Shown here piece after piece: positions 49,364 to 62,135 of a stretch of DNA of 64,000 bases. Source of the DNA: Piromyces finnis finn (lineage: Eukaryota > Fungi > Neocallimastigomycota); NCBI GenBank assembly GCA_002104945.1, contig MCFH01000071.1, forward strand, positions 171,082 through 235,081, in the 5' to 3' direction. A program made the translations under genes and the position numbers. Within the stretch, counting starts at the first letter, position 1. Each line of letters opens with the position of its first letter. Under the pieces are notes generated by a model, which worked only from the letters and a program-made list of their open reading frames with translations, had not been told where the DNA came from and searched no databases.

Positions 49364-52300
49364 TTACTTTAGAATGGGATGAATTTGAGAGATTGGATGA
49401 TGAAGATGATGTTGTGCTTTAAGAATTTCTTGATATTCAAATTTACGTTTAAGTCGGTAGTATTGTTCCGTAATACTATGAATAGAAGTAGATTCAGATC
49501 CCCGAATATTTTTTAAAACATCGGCTATTGGAAGTGTACGTGAAGCAACAAAAGTATCTTCTTCTTCTTCTTCTGGTAGGGTTGGGAAAGATGATTTATT
49601 AATAGCATTGTTAATTTCTAATTCGTTTGCTGGATTTACCTTGGAGACGGCTTGATTTATGAAAGAAGTGGTTTCCGTCGGTACTGCCGATGATAAAGAT
49701 GAAAGTTGAGTTGGAATATTAATGAAATTAGAATTAGTTACAGTAGTAGATTTGGCAGAACGAGAAGAAATCTTTGAAGCCAATGTAGCAAGAGATTTTG
49801 AAAGTGAAACTGAATTAACTTTTGGAATAGATAGGTGAGGTTTTATTATTGGAGTAGTGTTAATACCAACAGTAGAGGCCGTACTTGTACCTGTTATTGT
49901 TGCAGTTTTAGCTGCTATCGTTGTTGTAGCTGTTGCTGTTGTTGTTGTTGTTGCTAATTTTGGCGTTGTTAGTTTTGGCGTTGTTGTTGTTGTTGTTGTT
50001 GTTGTTGAAACTAAAATAGGCATTTTGTTATATTTAATTTTTCCAGTTGATGATGCCTTTGAATGTGTTGGGATATTTTTTTCTGGTTTTGGTTTTGGTT
50101 CAGGTTGAATAATATTTAATTTATAAAGCAATTCATTTTTAATCTTTGTATTGATTTCATCTAGATTCGACATAATTAATCTCTGTTATTCATTCATAAT
50201 AAAAATAATCAGTCATAGACAATAAATAAATAAATATATAAAAACATAGTAAAATAAATAGTAAAAAAACATTGATAAAAATATAAATAAATAAAAAACT
50301 GTCACAGTATAAATACTAATAGAATTTATACTATAATAATATTTAAATAAAGCTCTCTTGAAATTAATTCTTTTTTTTTATGGGGTCTATTTTCTTTATT
50401 TATTATTATTATTATTACTTTTAAATAGTTTTATACTTTACCTCTACTAATACTTCCTTTTTACCACAGACCTTTTTTCTTTTTTGTTTTAAACGGGTTT
50501 TCAATTCTTGTACACTCAATTTCATATAATTTTCTTTTTCTTTAAGAAGGGTTTCTAATCCAATAAATAATATTAAAAATAAGAAGAAGAAGAAGAAGAA
50601 GAAAATTTTAATATAATGATTCCACATAAAAAAAATTAATTGGCATGCATAGATAGATTACAAAATAAAATTAAATTAGAATGTATAGATGGTAGGAGGT
50701 CAATATTTATTTATTTTTCATTCCATTCTATAAAATAGATATTTAAATTGGAGGGTCAACTTACTTGTATAGTATTCATTATACTTTGGGAAAATATTTA
50801 AGGCAGCCTCTGATGTCGAAGTAGGAGAAGACAAGGAGGAAGATGAAGTGGAAGAAGAAGAAGTGGAGGAAGAACTTTGAACCGTACCTGAAGCTAAAAT
50901 AGAAGTTTCAGTAAAAGATTTTGTGGTAGCTGGTGGAACATAGGATTTTGATAAAGAAAAAGGTAATGTAGGTTTGTAGGATGAACGATCTTCTTTAGGA
51001 AGGATAGGAGTTACCGTGGTGGTAGTAGAAGTGGGTAAAGAAGTAGTAGATATAGAAGATGTGGTTGAAGGTAATATGGGTATAATAGCAGGAGCAACAG
51101 TACTTGGTGTAGATGATGCTAATGCAACAGTACTTGGTGCAGAATGAACCGTGGAGGATGATAATGCAACAGTACTTGGTGCAGAATGAACCGAGGAGGA
51201 TGATAATGCAATAGTACTTGGTGCAGAATGAACTGTGGAGGATGATAATATAGGAACAATAGAATTTAATGTTGATGATGATAAAAGTGCTGATGTTGTT
51301 GAAGAAGATGAAGAAGAAGAAGTAGAAGTGGGTGAAGAAGTCATTGAAGATATGATATTTTGTAAGTATGTTGATGGTATAGTGGTTGTTGAACTAGTTG
51401 CTGTCTTTGTTGATTGAAGTGAAGCAAGTTTTGTTGATGTCATCGTACTATCTAAAACTTCTGACTGGGTTGAGTCTATATTATTCTGATCTAAAGGAGT
51501 AGTAGTAGTGGCAATGGGATTATTATTATTAATACTTTCCATGGAAGAAGAGAGTTCATTCGAATTTAATGTAGGTGTACCTTGACCAGAAATTAGAGTA
51601 TTATCAATTAAGGAATGACCAAAAGTATTAGAAAGTAACGGTGCCAAATTTGCAATAGCAGATGATGAAAGGGAAGAGGTTAACTGAAATAAATCTTTAG
51701 AGGAAAGTAAAGAAGAATCATTTGGTAATAATGGTAGTGTTGATGTTGGCAGTGCTGAGGTTGGTAATGACGATGCGGATAATGATGATGTTAATAATGT
51801 TGATGGCGACAATGATGGTAATGTCGATGATGGTAATGCTGATATTTTTGTTGATGATGATGAAAGAGTTTGTTTGGTAAAAGGAAAGAGTAAGGAAGAT
51901 CTTGTTTCATTGGTAATTTTAGTTTCTGTAGATTCTTCTGATTCTGTTGTAGTTTGTAGGGTTGTTGATGATGATGATGATGATGATGAAATTGTTGTAT
52001 TCAATATGGGTTCTGAAATTGCATTGGATGAAGCTTTTGTTACAAGGTCATTATTTGTAAAAAGATAAGAATTTTTTAATTTTTGTCGAGATTCTATCTC
52101 GTTTTCAGTTTCTGTTTCATTTTCAATTTCTGTTTCAGTAGAATCCGATGATGATTGTTGCTGTTGCTGTTGTTGTTGTAGTAGTAGTTGCAATTGTTGT
52201 TGAAGTTGTTGTTGTTGTAAATTTAAAAGACCGGGATATTTTAAAAGAAGAAAAAGAAGTTGTTGTTGCTGTTGTTGCTGTTGTTGTTGTTGCAATAAAA

Positions 52301-52514
52301 GAGTAGTAGCAAATCGAAGAGAAAGCCATTGTTGTGTTGTTGTTGGAAAAGCGAAATTGGTAAAAAGGTTACGATTTTGTTGAAATTCCGTGGCATTAGC
52401 ACCTGTTGGTAATCCCATAAATCCAGAAGTGGTTAAAAAAGGATTTATTATGGGTTTAGGAGCTAATGGTCTTAAATGGTTTTTTCTTTCATTATTCTGT
52501 TCTGGTGTCAACAT
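49364..52514 (-). CDS. SAP-domain protein with polyQ and Ser/Thr-rich regions; exons 52514-50765, 50554-50442, 50182-49364 (893 aa)
   Basis: Splicing yields YMKLSVQELKTRLKQKRKKVCGKKEVLVE|RLI, which fits the SAP consensus (L+VxEL+xxL+xRxLxxxGxKxxLxxRL); intron phases are consistent. Confidence 0.8.
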
Positions 52515-52606
52515 TTTTTTTTACCTGTTTATTTATATTATACTAATTATTTTTTCTTTTTTTTTTTTTTCTTTTAATATGCTAATAAAATTAATATATT
52601 ATTGCA

Positions 52607-52663
<57 letters not shown>

Positions 52664-55544
52664 GCAATATATTAATATTAATATTAATACACAGAAAATA
52701 GCTTGTTGTTGTTGTTTTTCTATATATTTTTTACAAAACGTATTGGATAATACTATAGTTTAAATTGACGATTTGAATTGTTTATAATTAATAGATAAAA
52801 GAAAAAGAAAAAGAAAAAAAATATATATATTATATATTACAAGAAAATTATTTACTCCATAAAATTGTTGTTACAATAATATGTTTTATATACATGTAAA
52901 AGATGAATGTTTTTTTTAAAAAAAAAAAAAAAAAAAATTGAAAAGGGCTATTGATTAAAATTTAGTTGCCTTTTTTTTTTTTTTTTTTGAAATGATTATT
53001 GATAAATTTTTGCCATTGAAATTAGGGTAATAAAAAAAAGAATGTTGAATGAATTATTAATAATAAATATTTTTAGAGAGAGAGAGAGAGTATCAGTTTT
53101 ATTACAGGTATTCAATGAATATTACTTTTTTTTTCAATAGTTTATCCAAAAAAAAAAAGTATTTAGAATTTATTGAATTTCTTTTACAAATATTAAATTA
53201 GAAAAACACGACTTTTATTTGGTTTAAGTGGTTTGTTTTATTTTGTTTTTGAATAAAAATTATGGGGGTAATATACGTTAAAATAGTAATAATTCTATTA
53301 TTTATTATCTTTTTTTTTTTTATTATTGTAATCTTTCAAAAATGGTCTATTCAACTTTTTTTTTTTCTTAAATTAAAAATAATATGAATATAAAATAAAT
53401 ATATTTAAATAAAGAAATAAATTAGTTTTTAACTCTTTTTACCTTTATTCAAACAATAATATTATAATTATGCTATAATGATATTATAATAATACTACAG
53501 TTATGCTATAATAATACTATAATAATACTATACTATAATTATGCTATAGTTATACTACATATTAACTAAATAAAAAACGCTATATAATCTTTATAGAATT
53601 AAAAAAGAAATTGTAAAATGGTTATCAATTTTTCCCAATACTACAATATTTAAATGTAGCTTTTTCTAACAAGTCGTTTATTAATAAAAAAAAATACCTT
53701 ACTATATTTAGTGACAATATTTCTATTCTTCCTCCTCAGATGTATATGGATAGTTTTATTATGGTATTTTTATTTTTTCAATGTTAACGTTTTTATTTTT
53801 TTTTAATTCATAGCCAAATGAGAATAATTTATTTTTGTTGCTGCTGTTGCTGTTTCTTTTTTATTATTTTTTATTTATAATCGATTTTCAAAAAAAATAA
53901 AGATTCTTGTTGTTATTATTCAAAAAGAAAAAAAAAATCTTTTTTTTTTTAATTAATTTTTTATTAAAAATTTTTTTAATTTTTATTTCCACTAAAAAAA
54001 AAAAAAAAACTTTTTTCTTTTAATAAAAATAATAAAAATAATTATTATTATTATTTCTTTTTCTTTTTCTTTTTTTTTACTATTAAAACGAAGTATTTCC
54101 GCTTGACGTTATCTAAAAAAAAAAAAATGTCTTTTCTTTTAATACAAAAAAAAAAAAAAAAAACTTTTTCAAATAAAAATATAAAAATTTTAATAAATAA
54201 ATAAAAACTTTAAAAAAAAATTTTTTCTTTTTTTTTGTACTGAATGCAATATGCAATAAAATAATAATAAAATAATAATTAAATAAAATAAAAATGAGCA
54301 TATACTAAAAGAATAACGAAAATTAAAGTGTTGCTTTTTTATTCACCTAAAATTAAACCAAAATACACGCGAATGCCCAGGCAAACAAGCATAAATGCCC
54401 ACGCAAACAAACTTTTAAAAATATTTTTTTTAATATTAAATTTTTTAATTTAAATTTTTTAATTTAAATATTTTAAAATTTTAATTTTATTTAATTTTAA
54501 TATATGTATAATATATGAATATATTTATTATATGGTATATTACAAATTTATTATTTTAAATAGAATTTGAATTGGATTTTGTTTTAATATAAAATTTTTA
54601 AATTAAAATGAAAAAAGTTTAATTAAAAAAACAAAAAGCTAGATAGCAGCAATGAAGAGGAGAGTGTAGAAAATATAGGACGACAGTATATTGAATAAGA
54701 AACAACATTGTAGGGGATAAAAAGTAATAGAGAAAAAAAAAGAATAATACATCGTACATAGAAAGAGAGAGTATGCCTTTCATTTAATAAAGTTGATTTG
54801 GAATAAAAATGCAAGCGTCAAAGTATCAGAAAATGTTCCATCTATGCCTTAAAAAAAAATCAAATTTAAAAATGGTTTTATACTAAAAAAAAACTTTTTT
54901 TAAGCAACTATTCTGCAATGACTCAAGATTTTTAAAATAGAAAAAAGGGTTTTTTTTTTACAAAATAAAGAAATTGAAATTAGATTCCAAGTCAAAAAAA
55001 AATATTTTTTTTTATTTAGGCCAACGATTATTTTTTAGAATATAACCTTTTTTAAAAAAAAAAAAAGATATATTAGCGGCAAAAAAGGTAAGATGCAATG
55101 AAAATGAAAAAAAAAAATGCTGATATATTTATGATCAATTAAACTAGTATCTGCGAAAAAAAAATTCATAAATCATTATCTTTTTTCTCTTTAATTTTAA
55201 AACGATCCTTTCAAAGGACATCTTTTTAAAATCTTCCTAGCAATCAAGGTTTAAATAAACTTTTTTCATTGACCTATACTTACCCTCATTAGATATTAGA
55301 TATTTATTTAAACGTATAGTGTTATATTCATTTATTTAATTCATAGTAAATTTATTTATTATTATATTATTTATTCACTTATTTTAGCATGCAGGGATTT
55401 ATTTAATTTTATAATTATTCATTCACTTGCTTTTATTATCTGTAGTTATTTTATAATTATTCATTCATTTATTTAATTAATTAATTAATTCCTATTCATT
55501 TATTTATTTAATTTTATAATTATTCATTCCTTATTTTTATTATC

Positions 55545-55678
55545 TATAGTTATTTATTTATTATTTATTTATTTAGTTATTTATTTATTTATTTATTATT
55601 TATTTATTTATTTATTTATTATTTATTTATTTATTTATTATTTATTTATTTATTTATTTAGTTATTTATTTATTATTT

Positions 55679-55718
<40 letters not shown>

Positions 55719-55792
55719 GTTATTTATTTATTTAGTTATTTATTTATTTATTTATTTAGTTAATTATTTATTTAGTTATTTATTTATTATTT

Positions 55793-55828
<36 letters not shown>

Positions 55829-55853
55829 GTTATTTATTTATTTAGTTATTTAG

Positions 55854-55900
<47 letters not shown>

Positions 55901-55964
55901 GTTATTTATTTATTTATTTATTTATTATTTATTTATTTATTTATTTATTATTTATTTATTATTT

Positions 55965-56000
<36 letters not shown>

Positions 56001-56130
56001 GTTATTTATTTATTTAGTTATTTAGTTATTTATTTATTTAGTTATTTAGTTATTTATTTAGTTATTTATTTAGTTATTTATTTATTTATTTATTTAGTTA
56101 ATTATTTATTTAGTTATTTATTTATTATTT

Positions 56131-56170
<40 letters not shown>

Positions 56171-56203
56171 GTTATTTATTTATTTAGTTATTTAGTTATT
56201 TAG

Positions 56204-56242
<39 letters not shown>

Positions 56243-56307
56243 GTTATTTATTTATTTATTTATTTATTATTTATTTATTTATTTATTTAGTTATTTATTT
56301 ATTATTT

Positions 56308-56347
<40 letters not shown>

Positions 56348-56380
56348 GTTATTTATTTATTTAGTTATTTAGTTATTTAG

Positions 56381-56427
<47 letters not shown>

Positions 56428-56544
56428 GTTATTTATTTATTTAGTTATTTATTTATTTAGTTATTTAGTTATTTATTTATTTATTTATTTATTTAGTTAA
56501 TTATTTATTTATTTAGTTATTTATTTAGTTAGTTAGTTAGTTAG

Positions 56545-56583
<39 letters not shown>

Positions 56584-56608
56584 GTTATTTATTTATTTTT
56601 TATGATAT
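55545..56608 (+). repeat. ~1.06-kb degenerate (TATT/TAT/TTAG)n satellite
   Basis: Only T, A and G occur on the + strand between C55544 and C56609. Confidence 0.95.
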
Positions 56609-57054
56609 CATAATGACTTCATCGTCCTATATTTATTTAATTTATGATTAATATATTGTTATATATTATATTTCAATATATTTTAATATATGTTTGATTC
56701 AAATATCAATTTAAAAGAATGGCACTTCCATTATTGAAAAAAAGGCACTTCAGTTACATTACGTAGAATGTAATATGTAATGTATTAAATTTTTTCTTTT
56801 TATTTTCTTGCCATGGCAAACCAAAAAAAAAAGGTTGGTAACTTTTAAAAATGGCATCATCATAAAATTTTGGTCTTGTGAAATTGGAATAAAATGGCAT
56901 CATCCTTTCAGAATTTATTTAATAATTAATATTACATTTATTTAGTTAGTTACTATTAAATTTATTTAAATATATAATTATTCGTTTATTTATTTATTTA
57001 TTATTTCATTCTTTTTAGTTTAAAAAATTTTTAAAAAAATGGTATCATCATTTT

Positions 57055-57569
57055 TTAATGATGGCATCATTTTTAAAAAATTGAATTTTTTTTCCATCCT
57101 CCCCTTTACACCCCATTCCTTCCCTTCCTTTCCCCTTCAACCTTCCCATTTTTTTTATTATTACATTACGTAATTCTTTTGTTTTTTTGTAAATTAAAAA
57201 AGAATTCGTTCCTTTTTTAATTCCTACCAAATATAATAAATTGATTGCATATATTATAATATATGGTTGTATATATATTTCATATATTAATAATCAACTG
57301 CTCATATCAATGGATGTTCAACCAAAGAAGTCTTTTCCATCTATGAAGCCACCATTCTCATATATTATGATTATAATATAATATATAATATAATATATAA
57401 ATTAATTAAAATTGAGTATAATAAATGGATTTTACATTCAAGTCATTTAAATTTATTGCCTAATATATTATCATATATTATGAATATATTATGAATATAT
57501 TATAATATATAAAGGAACAGAGAATAGCTTAAAAAAAATTTTGGCCTAAAAAATGATACCATCACTTAA
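57055..57569. mobile_element. Possible degenerate MITE-like element with ~21-bp imperfect terminal inverted repeats
   Basis: ttaatgatggcatcattttt (57055) versus the reverse complement of aaaaaatgataccatcacttaa (57548-57569). Related atggcatcat motifs occur at ~56851, ~56895 and ~57039. No target-site duplication identified. Confidence 0.25.
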
Positions 57570-58437
57570 ATTTTTCAACCTAAAAAAATGACCTAAAAAA
57601 AAGTGGCCAACTTTATAAATTTCAGGCTTTTTTGGCTGGTTTTCATTGGGATCGATGTTAAATTTTATTTTAATAAAAAGAAATAAAGAAAAGATGCACT
57701 TTTTTAGGCTTAAAATGCCTAAATTTCTTTAGAGCCAAAAGAAGTGGTGCATCGCTCAAAAATATCAATTTTTATCTATTCTACTCATTTTTTTTATTTC
57801 ATTTTTTATACTAAAAAATTAATTGCGCAATTTTTTCATTAAAAAAATGTAAAATTTAATCAATTTATTAATTAAATTATTAATATGTTCACTAATTAAT
57901 TCATTAATATACTATTTTATTTAATTTCATTTAAATTTAAATGATTTTTAATATGATAAAAAAAAAAAAGTTTTTTTATTATTAAAAACATCACTTTTTT
58001 TTATTTTCCATCTTTTCATCTTTTCATCGAGATTGGTCTAAAAAGGAAAAAAAAAATAAACAGATTGAAAAAAGGTTCCATTTTTTTTTTAACTTTTTTG
58101 TGATATAAAGAAGAAAAAAAGGTAAAATTTTTAATAAAATCAAGGCTAAAAAGAAAAAAAGATTGAATCAATCAAATTTACTTTACATCAAACGCAAACG
58201 CAATTATTAGCACAACCAAAGAAGTATATACGCACACTCATTTAAATTACGCATAAATAATAATATACTTGTAGATAATCAATAGTTATTTATCAACAAC
58301 AATAACAACAAGCATAATTGGTGGATAAACTCTTTTCTTTTGAAAGATAAAAAATAGACCTACACACAACACATACATAGATTCATATCAATTATATATC
58401 AATTTTTAAAATTTTATTTTTATTAGCAATAAACAAC

Positions 58438-59343
58438 ATGTTATTAAAGAATATTTTATTATTTGCTGGTATGGCTTTTGCTATTCCATTATTTAAACGT
58501 GACGATGTTGGTGAAATCACTACTGAAGTTGTCACCAGTAGTAATGGTAAAAAAGTTACAGTTCAAAAAAAAATGGTTAATATCAGTCCAGTACTTAAAG
58601 CAGAACGTAAAGCATTTATTCCAGAAAATGAAGGAATAAAAGTTAATACCAAGGTCTGCTCAAAAGATCTTTTAGTTATGGGTAACAAAATTGAAAATCA
58701 TAATGCCTGTAAAAAATTCTACAATCGTTGTACTACCGTTGAATTAATATCTATTATGCTTTCTTACTACGGAAATTCTGCATTTGATTCTCTTGAAGAT
58801 GCCATTAAAGACGGAGCCTCCAAGGGAGCCATCTCTAGAAAATGTAGTTCTATTTTAATTAAAAATAAGATTTTCCTTAAAGATACTCAAATTATTGAAA
58901 CTATTATTGATAGTGAAGATACCACCTCCAACACTACTAGTGTAGAAAGCAATGCTAATGTTGACACAAAGGTCTGTAATAAAAATCTCTTAATCATGGG
59001 TAACAAAGTAAAGAATAACTCTGCTTGTAAAAAAGTTTATGATGCTTGTACTACTGTTGAATTATTATCTGCTCTTGTTTCCTTCAACGAAAGAAGTGAA
59101 CCATTCTCTATGGAATACATTATCAAAAATGAAGTTACCAAGGGTGCCATGTTGGAAAAATGTAGCGATATCTTAATCAATTCTAAAATGTTTTACAAGA
59201 ATACCAATGCCCTTCAACTCGATTCTACTACCGGATCTTCTTCTCTTAATAAGATTAAGGATATTAATGACATTTCTTGTGAAGGTTGTCAAGATCATCA
59301 ATTACAAAGTATTGAAAAAATGAATGAATCTGAAAACCTTTAA
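58438..59343 (+). CDS. Intronless secreted protein with two tandem 4-Cys helical repeats (301 aa)
   Basis: Signal peptide MLLKNILLFAGMAFA and dibasic site LFKR|DD. Two ~77-aa repeats: TKVCSKDLLVMGNK...ACKK...CTTVEL...KGA..KCS.ILI. Confidence 0.85.
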   Translation: MLLKNILLFAGMAFAIPLFKRDDVGEITTEVVTSSNGKKVTVQKKMVNISPVLKAERKAFIPENEGIKVNTKVCSKDLLVMGNKIENHNACKKFYNRCTTVELISIMLSYYGNSAFDSLEDAIKDGASKGAISRKCSSILIKNKIFLKDTQIIETIIDSEDTTSNTTSVESNANVDTKVCNKNLLIMGNKVKNNSACKKVYDACTTVELLSALVSFNERSEPFSMEYIIKNEVTKGAMLEKCSDILINSKMFYKNTNALQLDSTTGSSSLNKIKDINDISCEGCQDHQLQSIEKMNESENL

Positions 59344-60170
59344 ATAAGTGAGAAAAAAAATAATAGAGGAATCCAAACCTTTTTTTTTTTTTCTTAACCC
59401 AGAGTAGTCATGATGTATTTTTATTAAAAGTACAAAAAAAATCACTCTTGGTTTTTAAGTAAGGATAGGAAGAAATAAGGTAAAGGATTCTTTCAAAAAA
59501 AATGATATTTCATTTCTTTGATCTATACTTTTTGCAAGAAATGGTCATATTTAAAATTTTATTATCTATTATTAAATTTCTTTTTAAAAAAAAATAGTTT
59601 TAAATTTTTATCTATTATTTACATATATATATAATTCAATAGTTCAATAGGTATATTTTCTAATAGTCTACAATCAACAAAACAAGGCAAGATAAAAGTA
59701 AAAAAAAAAAAAAAAAAATAGAAAAATAAGGAATAAATATTGAACACGATTTATTTTTTGTTTTTTGTTTTTTTTTTTTTATATTTATATAGTTTGCTTT
59801 GATTTTTTGTTTTTTGTTCTTGTTTTGTTTTCCTATATATATATTATTATTTTTCATTTAATTCTATTTTATTAATTTTTTGATTTTGATGTTTAATTTT
59901 CTTTTATAAAAAAAATGATATAAAAAAAGAATTTTTTTTTTTTCTTTTTTTCACTTTTTTATTTTATGTATTTAATATAAAAATGAGAAGGAGAAGGAAA
60001 AAAGTTTTAAAATTGTATCATACTAAAAAAAAAAATATTTTAATAAATATATATGTCTACATAATAAAAAAAAAAAAATGTGTGTGTGTGTACATGAGGG
60101 ATAAGCGTGTGTTATAAGGGGAAAAAGAAAAATGTAAATTTTAGAAACAAAAAAAAAAAAAAAAAAAAAA

Positions 60171-62135
60171 CTATTTATCGATAGCATGATGTCTAATTAA
60201 ATAGTTAGCGAGAGCCCTATTACCATTTTTACGAACAATTTTTAATGGTGTATCTCCATGACAAGTTTTAAAATTAATATCTGCCCCATAATCCACTAAA
60301 ACTTTGACAATGGTATCATGTCGATTTAAGCAGGCTAAGGTTAAAAGTGTATGACCATTTGGATATACCTTGTTAATATCCCCACCTTGTTCTATGAAAT
60401 AGCGTAATAGAGGAATATTTTCATGATGACATACAATCTTTAAGGGGGTATCATGGTAAGCATTCGCTTTGTTAATTTCAGCACCACATTCTACTAAACA
60501 TCTAGCCAAGACTCTATCATCTTTTCGACAGGCACAAATCAAAAGAGGATCACCATGACGATCATTAGAATTAGGATCGGCCCCATGATCTATTAAAAAG
60601 GTGACTAGGTATATATTTCCTTTTTCACAGGCCAAGGCCAGAGGTGAAGGACCATCTGATGTTTGATAGTCCATGGCCCCATAATCTATTAACAGTTTAA
60701 CGGTATGACTAACCCTTTGATCTTCATGAAGATGACAATCATTAAAGCATGCCAGGTATAAAGGTGTTTCACGCTTTTTATTTTCTTTATTGACATCAGC
60801 ACCATGATCTAGGATATCCCCGATCACACTTTCATAATGATCATTTCTTATAGCCATCAGTAAGGCTGTATCCCCATCCTCATTTTCAATCGTCACATCA
60901 GCACCATGATCCAAAAGAAATTTAATTATCTTTTTACCAACCTTCTTTTCTTCATTTTGACAGGCGATCATTAGCATAGAATTGCCATGGCTATCCTGTT
61001 TATTGATATCCGCACCATGATCTATGAATTTTTTAATCATATCTTCATAGTGGGTTTGTCTTTTTAAAAAAGCGTCTTTTTTTTCCTTTTCTTTTGAAAA
61101 AGGTGATATTGACGATGCCGCTGTGGTCGTCTCTGTAGAGTCATGATCTAGCATATATTTCATATAATTATTAATGTAAACGGTTAAAGGAGTCTGACCA
61201 TTTTTGTTTTCTTTATTGATATCGGCTTCATGATCCATTAAATCATGTAGAATGACTTCATTTTCATTTTTACATGAAAGGATTAATGCTGTATAACCAT
61301 ATTGATCTTGATAATTGACGTCAGCACCATAATAGATTAAAAGTCTCACAATGGAATCATTATTATTTTTTTTACAGGAAAGGATTAAAGGAGAATTGCC
61401 TTGGGCATCAATTTTATTGACATCAGCACCATGATGAATTAAAAAATCGACAATGACAACATCCCCATTTTGACAAGCCGTCATTAAGGGAGTACCACCA
61501 TACCTATTTTCTTGATTTACCTCGGCTCCATACTTGACTAATAATTCTACCATTTTAACATCCATTTTTTTACATGCGGCAATTAACGGTGTATTACCCT
61601 TTTTATTTTCTTTATTTAAATCAAGAATGTCCATATTACCTAATAAATATTCTCTTAACTTTCTTTTTGAGGAGGTGGAAGTAGAAGAAAAAGAAAAAGA
61701 AATGTGATCATCTAACAAATTCTTGAGAATATACTCCACTTTACTATAGTCTTTTTTTTCTATTAATAAAACTAAAAAATCAGGGGTAATGTTGGTATGA
61801 ACTTCCCTTTGAATAAAATGTTTTAACTTTTCCATAGTCATTTCACCATTTTTATATAGGGTATAAAGTATATCTGCTGTGGGACTTGTAGTAGTGGCAG
61901 CACATTTTTCCTTTTCTTTATTAAATAGTGTGAAATGAAAAATACACAAAGACACCGTTTTTCAATAAATGTAAATATAAATAGAAAATAATGTTTTTTT
62001 AATTTTTTTTTTTTTTTTAATATTTTTATAAAAATGTTGTTGTTGTTGTTGTTGTTGTTGTTATTGTTGTTTTTCATTACCTTTCATCCTTTGATATTGA
62101 AGCAATTCATTAATTTCAAATTTTACTTTATCCAT
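60171..62135 (-). CDS. Ankyrin-repeat protein (~13 repeats); exons 62135-62081, 61915-60171 (599 aa)
   Basis: Repeated GxTPLxxAC...LIxHGADVN motifs. The upstream exon MDKVKFEINELLQYQRMK G|gtaatg splices in phase to aataaag|AA. Confidence 0.93.

Noticed and set aside
47170-49366. Exon chain fusing the SAP gene to the Derlin-like ORF (donor-like AA|gtaagt at 49366; exon-like pieces near 48225-48255 and 47170-47230)
   Set aside because: I could not find a phase-consistent, stop-free path; the SAP ORF ends naturally at AAG TAA.
55545-56608. Telomeric repeat
   Set aside because: No TTAGGG-type G-runs, irregular units, and an internal location with genes on both sides.
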